A DNA stretch of 64,000 bases, from positions 53,258,001 through 53,322,000 of the forward strand of contig OZ287752.1 in assembly GCA_965649765.1 (NCBI GenBank). The letters are read 5' to 3'. The first letter of the stretch is position 1. Each line of letters begins with the position of its first letter. The DNA is from Bispira polyomma. Taxonomy: Eukaryota. Shown here piece by piece: positions 53,101 through 64,000 of the stretch. The notes beneath the pieces are model-generated. The model saw nothing but the letters and a program-made list of their open reading frames with translations, was not told where the DNA came from and searched no databases. The position numbers were made by a program, and so were the translations under genes.

Positions 53101-56100
53101 TGTATTGTGGGCTTTGTTATTGCATCTGCAAATAATTCAAAATTGCTCTCTAGACTTGTTCAAGGCCATCCTACAGATACACTGGCCCATATTTTAGTAT
53201 GCTATACCAACACTCGTTCTTAATTTCTGCAGTCGACTTTCTATTCTTTACAGTATACTTAATTTGCTAAATGCCGGAAGTTAGCAGTACCGAAAACCTT
53301 GACCTCATTGCTCCACCAACAAACTGTCCACCTTGACATATAATATGCAGTTGCTCAAAGTGATTATCTGAAAATAATTCGAAATATGTTCAAGGCCCAC
53401 CTATCTAAATAAAATGTTAATACAAGTTATGTTAAACCCCCAAATAAAATAAATACTTGGCCTTAAAAGGTGACACTACTTCCCATGTCCACAAATATGA
53501 TTTTAGGAAACAGTAATCCGACAAATATTTCTCTGAAAGTTGTTTTTTCTTTAAATGCTCTTACTGTATGGAGTTCATTGCCACGTCATTTCTTGGGGGA
53601 GCATTGGTAGTGTAGAGGTAATCCTCTTGCCAACTGTCTCTATAGTTGAACGAGAATCTCTTGGCCCCTGCAAGCATGGGGGAAGGTTCGCAGTAGAGTA
53701 GAGTTGATGTGGGCTGGTGGTTTCAGTTCTATTGAGTGAAAATGGAAGGTCAGTATTGAAGGTCAGATGGCAGTTTTTGGTGGTTATATGTTGAAGACAG
53801 TAAAACCATAGTTTGAGGAATTTATTTAAATCTGTACATGTTAGTTCAGTATGTCTACAGGTAGGGGTAAAATATCATCATAGTTTAAAATACAGAGTAA
53901 TTTTAAAACACCCGTACATAGTACAACATTACAAGCAAAACGCCAGTACAGCAGCAATACAAGAGGATATAAACCTCGAAACAGTACAGCAAGTTGAAAT
54001 TCAACGTCTTAGAGCTAGCATTCGCCTAAATAACATATGCTAGTAATTATTAACGGCCCCCTAAGCCAATACATAACAATTACACATTAATCTTTTATCA
54101 TTGACAAAATCATTATGATTCTACAAATATAAGTACATGAATCTGCGCTAAAGGCCTAGGTGAAGTTTTGGGAACCTGGAACTTGCGGCACTGACTCGCC
54201 TAGCAGTGAGACATCCAACCTCACAGAGCCCACACCAGAGGGTAGGTTATGAGGAAGGATCTAACACCACACAGTTCCGAGTTAAAAACTCCCACAATCC
54301 AAACGAATCAAGTGATTTTCCTAACAATCTCAGCAGGGCCCAGTGGGTCCATAATCAAGTAACCATCTAAACTCGGTATGTGCTTGCATGCCATATTTCT
54401 GCCATAAGCTAGCAGTATAAATATGTGCTAAGAACCATAAATTGGCCATAAGCGAAGAAAAGAAAATTTTTAGAAAAACCCTTAATAATATCTTGTGCTG
54501 TGGTAAGGGGAGGTGGGGGGAAAATGTCCGTGTTAATGCTGCTGAATCTGATTCCAAAATGGAAGATCTTTACAGAAAACGTGGCCACTTTTAAGAGGGA
54601 AAGCTTCTGATTGGCTAGAGTATGTTATTCACGGTTGAATGAGTAACTTGTAGTGATAGAATTAATCCCTAGGGGTTAAGGTAGTCATATAAATTTTCTG
54701 TGGTAGAACTGAAGTAGCAGACCCCTGTTGGGTCATGCTATGCAACAGTGCAGAAATATTATCCTTACGGTTTTACTACAGATGGAGGCATTTCAAAATA
54801 TTGCTTTTGTTTTTTAGAAAGCCCCAGTATTGCTACATCGTCAATGACCATAAAGGAGAGGTATTAGATGTCCAGGGAGAAAAGAGTGCTCCGGGCACTA
54901 AGGTAGGTCAATGGGTATAACCATGGATACTGTATCGTTTTTAACCAAATACTTGTAGTGTAGCTATTTATACAAATGAGTTTGGAGTGTGAAATTCCTG
55001 TGTAAAATTATTGATTACCTCTGCTAAAGAAGTAATGTGTTTTCTTGGTTTCATTGGTTGGTTTGTTTGTCACCGGGAGTAACTAATAAACTACTTAAGC
55101 AAAGGACATACAGTAGAGTGCATACCTCGCCTAAGTGCCAATGTGCCAAAAAGTGAGAAACTGTCTTTCTAACCAAAAAGCTCTACTCTGCTATGACATT
55201 AAATGAATTTTCCCTTGGCCCATATACAATACTCCACCATATCTATTGCAATAGACAAAGACAAGCATAATGTTCTTGGTGGATGTAGAAATATATGACC
55301 AACAAGTCTTTCTAGACAGGTTATTGCTTAAAACAGGTGACCATTTGTACAGAGTTTGATTTGATTCTATGTCATCTATTTTATTTAACGGGTTCCCCCA
55401 TGGAGCGCAAATAAAACAAACTGTTGATGCAGGCGATTGAAATTGTATTTGAGACTTACATGTACAATTTTATTATTTATATTTTATCATGCAAAATTGG
55501 ATTATACATTGGATTTATATCAGTACTGATCAGTACATTAGATTTGAAGTCCAGTTACAACCTTAATTAATTTACGTCATTATTAATTCATTCATTTTCT
55601 TTTGTAAAGTTTGAATCGAGTTCAGAGCCTAAAAATGTTGACATCTTGGTCTCCAAACATGTATTTTAAAAAATTTTCAATATATTGTAACGGCCAGATT
55701 CAATGGTGGAAAAAAAACAGATGGTGGAAGAAACCAGTGCTAAGACATTGTAAACCACTGGCCTACAGCAAGTACCTGACATAGTTTCTCACATTGCTGG
55801 TATGAATGGGAATCAGACCCACATTGGTGGGATGCCAATGATTGTAAAGCAGGCGCTAACCAGTAAGCAACCACGCCCCATACCTCCAAAAAAGGAAGAA
55901 TCCCACGATATAGCCGTCATCATGAAGGCAATCATGTCTTATATCTTGCCCAAAGATGTCATCACTAGTGACCATTGTGCTTTTCACTTGGGTTGGAAAT
56001 AGGGACATTTCGATCAGCGACCATACTCCCTAACCACTAGACCATAGAATATCATATCTAATGCAATCTTGATCTGTGGGAGTATACTCGAAAAATCTCT

Positions 56101-59100
56101 AATTCAACTCTGATTCAAACTTCAATCTATGGTCTTCTTATATTTCCAGTTAGGGTGAAGTTATGCAAAATGGGATTGCATATTCAGTGTTGAGTGCTGC
56201 AAGCTCTATTAAACTGATTGGTTACAAGTATAGGTTATTACCATATACAGAGATTTATAGATAATCAAGTTTGAGCTTCTTTAAAGAATATAGACCCACG
56301 GCCTGCATTCTCCAAAGGAACTTAATCTTAATGTCAGCTGAAGAGAAGGCTGTGTGAAAGTCCCCTTTATGTGGAAATAACCTATACTTTGTGACAATTT
56401 GTTTTAATCGAATTTTCAGCACTGAATGTCAAATATGCAATCAGATTTTAAGTAAGTCCACTCTGTATAATTGATAGACTTGAGCTTGACTTTTTTTTCT
56501 GGTCTAATCTATGCATATATCTGTCCATGTTGTAGATCGTAGTGTTTGAGAAAAATGAAGAAGAAGTGAAGGACAACCAGCTTTGGTGGGAGGACAAATA
56601 TGGGAACATAAGGTCAAAGCTGAATGACTACGTCATGGATGACTCCCGTAAGTAACAAATAGTAGTAAGTAGATAATGTGACTAAAGTGATGCAAGCAAC
56701 TGGTATTACTGATTGTAACTTGTTTAAGCCAGTAACTAGTCGGAGTAAATGTAAGTGAATTTGCTAAAATATCTACCGTACTTAGCACTTAGTTGTAAGC
56801 ACTAAGATTTAGCAATTCATGTAAGTAGCTAGTTTTACTCAATACATAACTAGCAGTAATAAGAACAATTCTTACATGACGAGCTGCGCCATGTTTGTTC
56901 AGCCACACACATTATCTAAGACGATAATGCATTTCGACTGGTATATGAATCTTTTAGTGTTATGAATTTTACTGTTATGTACTTGTTGTGTTATGAATTG
57001 TAGTCATCATAATTAATCGTGTATTCATGATAGAATTGACATAAGCTACTCGTAATAATGCATTGCACTTTCTTACAGAAAAGTTCATGGAGACCGAAAT
57101 GCAATGTCTTATTTTATATTATGGCACTCCTACATTATAGCTTATTCTAACTAATGTTAGTAACTAGTAGTACTAAAGTGTAAGTAACTGGTACATTTAT
57201 ATATCCTAATTATATGTCATATATTTAGGACAACTATCATATTAGGACAACCTATTCTTGTTTCTATGTTGCACACAGGAATTTATGTTGGATAAGTAAA
57301 CTTTAAAGGATTATAGCAAAAGAACATTTGTTTCTAATATTTTTTGCCAGAACTTCACAATGTTTCATAACTATCATTATCACAATTGCACAACTAAAAC
57401 TTGAAATATAGATTTTTTTAATTTGTATGTTTTAAACATGTGGAGGAAAGAGGTCACATATTATTATATAGATAAACACCAAGTGGCACTACATTATGTA
57501 GACCAAATGGTGTGCGAGGGCTTTGAGGCCCGAGTACTCATTAAGTTTACATAATTTAAGTGCCACGAGGTGTTTATCTATTATCAAAACCAACAAAAAC
57601 AACATTTTAAAATGTCTTTAAATATTTACGTTAATACATGGTAGAAAAACTCTACCACTACATTATTTTGTAATGCTACATTATTAGAAAAAATGTTGTG
57701 ATAGTTCAATGGCAATGCATACCGCTTGGGTGTATAACTGATGGATGACTCTCTACATTTGCAACCAGATGACAACAATATGTCATTCATTTTACTTGAA
57801 ATTGGCTACAGTTTATTTTACATATACTTTAGTCACTAGCGTCTGCATGTGTAAATCATTAACAATCCAGTGTGTGTAATCAATTAATACAGAGGATGAC
57901 ATAGAAACACAACCGTATGATGCCGATGTGGAATCAAGGCAATGGGTGAAATACGGCCGAAAGGTTGTCAACAAGAATGACACAGCTAAGTGTTTACAGG
58001 TAAAAAAGAATATGTTATAATCCCTAATTGTAAAACTGTATTATATGTTAAATGTTTTTAATTGGAATCAATAATTACCCTTTTTACCCTTTTTGACCCT
58101 GTTGGTTACATAAAGCTACAAACTGGTGACAGTATATTTTATCTATTTATCTTGTATCATTTATTTTAATTTATGTGTATTGGGAAGTTAAAAATTTCCA
58201 TTAGAATTCAAGTATAAGATGAACTCTAGGAAAACTAAAATAAAAATAAAATAAAATTTTATAGTTAGAATTGTGATAAGTTTTTAGTTTAGTGTTGATA
58301 AAGAAATTTTGGGGGTGAAAAGTAATATTTATATATTAATGGAAATATAATGGAGTACATGTATTTGATCATGAATTAATTTTACCAATTTCCTAAAGAA
58401 ATGAACTACAAGAGAACATATTGCCTTTCTTGTCGACATTGGTTACATGAATGTGTGCATAATGAACCCACATACAAATATACACTATCGCAACCCTTGC
58501 AAGAATCCATTTACTAAACTCAAAAAGTAATAAACTTGTAACAGTTACAAACTATTGTTATTGTTTAAAGCTTGTATTATATAGAGGACAATAAATACTA
58601 TCTAAGGTGCTTATTTTCCAGAAAGAATAAATATAATTTTGCAATATAGTATTGCTTGTCATTAGAGGAAATTATGTTTTCACATCTTGTTCAGATCATA
58701 TGTACCCGAGGACGCTTTTGGCCCAATTACCATTGTGGCTTAAACCTGGATTTGAAAACCGCGAACCTTCAATCATTAATAGGCCATCAGAGTGTAATTA
58801 AGTAACAGTCAAATGGATTAAAATTACTTAAGATGTCTTATATGTCCGAAATATACAAAGATATAGTTCGACTACTGAGCTAGAAGTGCAAACAGTAGAA
58901 AGCATACCTCTTCCAAAGCACCACAGTGACATATATTTGCAATTATTACAGATGACCATGGCCTACTTAAAAAACAATCACCATAGCGACCATCTTGTTT
59001 TCCATCCTTGGTGGCAAAGTTATTGTATTATGCATTGTATCAACATGATAAAGCCCAACATAACATATAACATATAATCATCATATGTCAAACAGTGTGG

Positions 59101-59381
59101 CTATAGTTAGACAAATGTCATAAACAAACTAACAAATATTGGCCTGGACACTTTGGCTTTAAATGACTTTTTGAAAAAGTCACCGTGGCTACCATCTGGC
59201 TTTTGTTGAGATTTGTTGGAAAACTTTGATCATTTAAAAGGCTTTATAAACATAATTCCTTGATTTTGTCCATGTTTAGGTGTCAAAGAAATCCGGATTA
59301 TTTGGCAGAAAGGGCAAAACCCTGGATACAGGAGAATATGAAGGAAAGGAACAACAACTCTGGAACTTTGAGTACTTGTAG
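44125..59381 (+). CDS. Tandem-repeat ricin-B (R-type, beta-trefoil) lectin, 267 aa, no signal peptide; resembles the earthworm EW29-type lectins
   Basis: Exons 44125-44326, 47415-47610, 54818-54902, 56536-56647, 57893-57999 and 59280-59381 (804 nt, all GT-AG, phases 1,2,0,1,0 consistent). QxW-type motifs QIW, QKW, QHW / QLW, RQW, QLW. Also 'GMVLDI', 'GEVLDVQG' and 'IRSKL' twice. Confidence 0.92.
47171..47365 (+). mobile_element. tRNA-derived SINE in a lectin intron
   Basis: Begins GGGGCCGCGGTGGCCTAGTGGTTAG (Pol III A box). The B box appears deleted. The body has ctggttt...tttcctcc core-like motifs. Confidence 0.7.
47590..48720 (+). repeat. Degenerate ~95-bp tandem repeat derived from a lectin exon/intron junction
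   Basis: ctggga(c/t)ttt(g/c)agtacatgt(a/g)agtatatggg...gcaagtatctgggtca.ctgat recurs, with the copies decaying downstream. Confidence 0.85.
49721..52965. repeat. 29-bp minisatellite/satellite array, roughly 110 copies
   Basis: Consensus GGCCAAGTATCTCTCATATAATCTCTAAA, head-to-tail with no spacers. Recurrent variants: ccaata, tttaa, ccctaaa, caaataa. Confidence 0.98.
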
Positions 59382-60559
59382 ATGAACAGAAGAAATGACA
59401 ACAGAAAGGAACGTTGATAGACAGACAGATAGAGAAATAAAAATGTACTGGAAAAAGGGATGTCATTAGGCCACAAAAAAAAAAAACAGAACAAAAAATA
59501 ATTCAAAAATTGTTGTCTTTCTTTTGATATCATATGGATGTATAGATGTATGTGTGTAATAAGCATCGTCAATAAATTTACAGTCAGGTAGGATGCCTAA
59601 CTGAAACAAAGATGTACACAATATTGTCACTGTTGTTTTCTTTATTTTTATATCATACTATTAGTAAAAGTTCTTTACCTATACCAAACTGAAGAGTAGG
59701 CTAGCATTTTGAAGTATTGAGCCATAAAACTAGTTCTATCTGTGTATAAGTTTAACTTTTATCTGCCACTGTGGCCTATTGAATTCTTCCTCAGGGCATG
59801 TAACAGTATATCATCTGCTTTGTTTAGATTTGGTGGAAAACATGTATTGTTTATTGTATGAACATGATAAATCCCCACACTAAATATAGTCATCATATGT
59901 CAAACATTTTGGTACGGAAGCCTATAAGGGTCAGTGAAAAATAAATTATGTCATAGTTATGACTTACTATGTTGTAATTATGACTGACTATGGTCTAATT
60001 ATGACTAACTCTGGTGTAATTATGACATACCTTGTGTCATGAACAAACTAACAAAGAGACATGGCTGAATATTTCAATAGTGGCCTGTATACTTTCTCAA
60101 ATACTTTAATTGATTGTAAAGGACACAAAGACTTTTTTGGAAAAAGTCACAATGGCCATAATTCATTTTTTTAGATTTGGTGGAAAACTTGAATCTTGCA
60201 AAAGGCTGTGACTGCAATTCTTCCTCAGCCAAAACCTAATACTGCTAACAAATTTTTTTATGTAAATCAGTATTTTTTGTGTAATCTGTGTGGTATCAGG
60301 GTGAAAACCTCCTTCGCAGAGGTAACTATCAATTTGGGGACCACAAAAACTACCACATTTAAATTTTATGATGAACATGAATTTTTAATGTGCCCAATCA
60401 ATGCCAGGCATCTTCTAAAGTAGTGAACGTGTGTAGGTATATAGTGTGATATCACCTCTATTGAGGTCTCAGCCGACTTTTACAGTTTACACCCCCAGTC
60501 TTGGTTCTTCCACTTGTCAAACAATTGTTCACTCTCAACTCCCTCAAAAAGCGTACTAG

Positions 60560-60756
60560 CCGTGCTGCCACAGACGGCGCACAAAGTCTAACACCCATTA
60601 GCGGCCAGGTACTAATTTATACACCTAGGTAGAGAGGGACAACTTCATGTAAAGCACCTTGTCCAAGGGTACGATCTCCAGGCCCGCAGTAAAGATCGAA
60701 CCTAGGCTCTCCGATCACTCAGATCCAAAGTCCGACACTCAAATCACTAGGTCACA
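60560..60756 (-). mobile_element. tRNA-derived SINE with a Deu/Nin-like core
   Basis: Minus strand reads TGTGACCTAGTGATTT (A-box-like) ... GGTTCGATC (B box) ... cccttggacaaggtgctttac ... ctctctacctaggtgtataaattagtacc. Confidence 0.65.
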
Positions 60757-60859
60757 GAGATCACTCAACTACAACATCATTGACCGTCAGGCGATAGAAC
60801 ATTGACCGAATACATAGCTAGATTGTGATTAGGAGAAAATACTATGTCGGTAGTCCAGG

Positions 60860-61060
60860 TTTTAAATATTTAGGTTCTTAGTTTTGTTACGGAAACCTCA
60901 AAGACAGCATTGTGAATCTAATATCTGTAAATAAAAAATTCCAGAGCATGGGCGGCAGCCACAGAAAAGGCACAAAATCCAGTCTTCTAGAAATTGTATT
61001 TTCCCCCAGTGAGCCGAAATTGATGAGAACATCCTCTAAGGTGTTAATATCCAAAATGGG
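60860..61060 (-). mobile_element. L2-type LINE ORF2 3' fragment
   Basis: With one frameshift it reads 'AFSVAA/PMLWN...DIR...FRNK', the typical L2 C-terminal AFSVAAP-LWN motif. Confidence 0.55.
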
Positions 61061-62099
61061 ACAGTCCAGGGGCGAGAAGAAGGTTGTCACCACAAAGCAT
61101 AATAATGACGAAAGAAAATAATAAGCACACTGCCCTGTAGTTTGTCGGACAAGTGTTGTTAAGAACATCTACATTTCAGTCTCTTCATGATAACACCTCG
61201 AATGTCAGAATGACATTATCTGTTGTAACAAAAAATAGATCACGCCTGTAGAACTAAGATTAGAGATATCAGATCTTTTTTTTTTTTTGCCAAAATCAAA
61301 GATCAACTTAAAAGTTATGCTCGACTCTAAAGTTTGCCTATACCAGAAAATATCGAGTGAACTTAGTAATATCTGACAGCATATTTGAATCCAGTGTTGA
61401 AAGCTCTCTTCAAATGAATGGTTATAAGTGTACTATGTATTGTGTGGGGTGATACATCATGTTTTAATCAGGTACTCAGTGCTAAAATAGGATTTGACTA
61501 AAACAGTCATGCTTTGAAAAAACGAGCTTGGTAACTTTAACATTCATTTTGGATCACTCATCCATTTTTTACAAGAAATGTGCACAAGAAATGTGCACAA
61601 GCAAACATGAATTCCATCAGTGACATTTTTACAAAAGTTTCCTGATAAGATCATAAGCAAGATTTGAATGCCTGAATGGGTATATCGTCAGCTTCCTTCT
61701 CCTCGATGACCTTATCAACCCAGTTTGATGTTTAACCTTACCACTAAGGTTGTCGAGTTATACAAAAATACCCTAATCAGTTTAATGGCATTTTACAACT
61801 AATACTGTTTAAGATATGACATAAAATACTGGAATTTCACCTTTATGACCCAAAATTGACCTTGAATCCAAGCTCAGAGATAAAATATGACCAGTGCATT
61901 AAATTTTGTAACCCTAGCTTCGCATATGCTCACAATACATTCCATGTCTCTAAAGCCAATAGTAAAGTCAAGCATTCAGTGACCGATGAATCGGTCGTGC
62001 ACTCGGTTCGTAGGTTTAAAGTCATTTTTATAGTGAGTTAGCTGTAAGAGTTGGTGATGAAAGAAGAATAGTGAGTGTGTTGGTATGATGTCTGGTGTT

Positions 62100-64000
62100 T
62101 TTGCTGACAGTCATTTACTTATTCCTATGGGTGTGCGTGGTGTGCATCAAAAGCTTCTCCGAAACTACAAGTGCAGCAGACTTCCTGATTTTATTACAGA
62201 GTACCTTGGGAGCCCCCGATGATAAAAAAATGTTCATGGAAGCCAAATTAGGTTATCACCTGGGTGGACAAAAAGTTTGCATTTTTCCTATCTTTCCTGT
62301 ATAAACAGTTTAGTTTTTAGGCTATGAATTTTTTAAACTTTTGAATTTGTGTATTGATTTCTAACGAAAACAGAAGCGTCCATTATCTCGCAAATTGTGT
62401 GAAATTTCAACCTCATTTTTAGCCCAAAGGGCATCTTGTTCAGGGTCTTATTATTTTGGCGGCCAATCTTGTATTTTTTTGAAACGTCCATTATCTCGGA
62501 AACAGTGCGAGATAGAGCAATTTCGACCTGATTTTCAACCTACAGGACACCTTGTTCAGGGTCTATGACAACTTTTCAGTTTCCGATTTTGGCAACCATC
62601 TTCCTTAAAAATAATACCCCCCACCTGAAAGTTTCCCCCATCCCCATCTAGATGTCGTATTTTGTAGAAAGTTCCAATTTGTAATTTTGTTTTGATTTCT
62701 ACATTCTGATTTCCAATTAAAAATATTAAATCAATTGCCTTGCAATAGCTTTGATTATTTAAATTTCTCAAGTCACTCACTTTAACTTTCTCAGCTATTA
62801 TATAACATTTTTTTTTGTAAAAAGTACCAGAAAGCATATTTATCTGGCTTCACAAATATATTAAATGAATTTCTGTATCCCCTTATCCTCTACTGACATA
62901 CGAGTATTTTATCAATAACTTCCGCTCTACAACTGGCATTTTTAACAATTTTGGATATAGAGTCCAGCTCCAACTGACAATGGGTATGGTTATTATCATT
63001 CTATTTGATTTAAATTAATGAAACCTATCATAAGATACATAATAACATTTTACTAGTGACAACAAAGCAAACATTTAATGCAAAGTATTAATATAGAAAC
63101 ATCCATTTCATTAATGAAACTTGTCCCGAAAACTAAAAAAAATAAAAGATGTTTTTGTAACCGCAGCCCTGTAATCTGTCTATAATTTTTGTAAATATCT
63201 CTATATACTCCAGTTAAAAGAGTGATTGACCTAGCAATAATTGCAACAGAAATTATTTTATATGACCCAATAATATCATATTGAAAATATAGGAAAATAT
63301 AATGGATAGAAATCACTATATTTACATGCTTTAAGAGGCTCATATTTTTACACAATGTACAACTGTGATGTAAACGCAACTTCAAAGTGATGTCGTTATG
63401 ACCTCTTCTGACATTACAGCCTTCTATCTTACCCTTTATTGTTCTCTCTGAACTAAATTATTCAGCGATTATTAACCATAATTTAACTACTGTGGGATAT
63501 TACTTACACAGTTTCTCAACTTTAAATGTATGGTCTCTTTTGGTATAAAAGGGTGTATGGAGTTGCTGAAATATACTTCCTACCTTGATTTTTCTCCCTC
63601 TTCTGACCTTAGAGCTTTCTCTCTTACCCTTTCTCTTCCACTTAACCCCTCTCTCACTTACCCCTCTCTCACTTCCCCCTCTTTCCCCTGTCTCTCACTT
63701 CCCCCTCAAATATTGGTCAAATCTGACTACTGAATTAGATTGCATGACCCTGGTATCCTATAGGCTAACAATACATTCCAAGATAACAGACGTTTCAGAA
63801 TAACATTAAAGTTCAAGATGGCCGCCAAAATCAGAAAATTCATTAAAAGTTGTCACAGACTATGAATAAGATGGCTTGTGGGTCAAAAATAAAGTCAAAA
63901 TCGCTCTAGATCTTGTACTGTTTCTCAGATAACAACCGTTTTAAAAAAAGACGCAGAAGTTTCAGAAAAATTCTGAAATATTGTCAAGATTACTGCCAAA
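62100..64000. repeat. Fragments of non-autonomous interspersed repeats
   Basis: Internal repeats cgtccattatctcg (62377 and 62485) and cttgttcagggtct (x2), plus atctcggaaacagtgcgagat and ttcaagatggccgccaaaat motifs common in invertebrate non-autonomous DNA elements. Confidence 0.4.

Overview
AT-rich, intron-containing eukaryotic (animal) DNA, not prokaryotic. The lectin type and repeat families fit a spiralian invertebrate such as an annelid, but that assignment is inference. Host genes were rebuilt by hand from splice signals and exon phases. (1) Two head-to-head paralogous genes: A on the minus strand at 17902-22347 and B on the plus strand at 33819-38725. Both encode ~220-aa predicted secreted, alpha-helical proteins with the architecture of long-chain four-helix cytokines (Unpaired/IL-6-like). 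This pair is the most interesting item, and the ORF track shows it only as unlinked fragments. (2) A 6-coding-exon gene for a 267-aa tandem ricin-B (R-type) lectin with no signal peptide, 44125-59381. Its introns carry a SINE, a repeat derived from its own splice donor and a 3.2-kb 29-bp satellite. Between the two cytokine-like genes lies a near full-length but mutated DIRS-order tyrosine-recombinase retrotransposon (gag, RT/RNase H, YR). Its layout suggests Gag-Pol by amber read-through and Gag-YR by splicing. Other decayed mobile DNA: a second YR 3' end, an RNase H relic, a Tx1/L1-type LINE 3' part, L2-type fragments, a MADF-like pseudogene, an Academ-like transposase relic and tRNA-derived SINEs. 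There is a 140-N assembly gap. No CRISPR, rRNA or bona fide tRNA was found.
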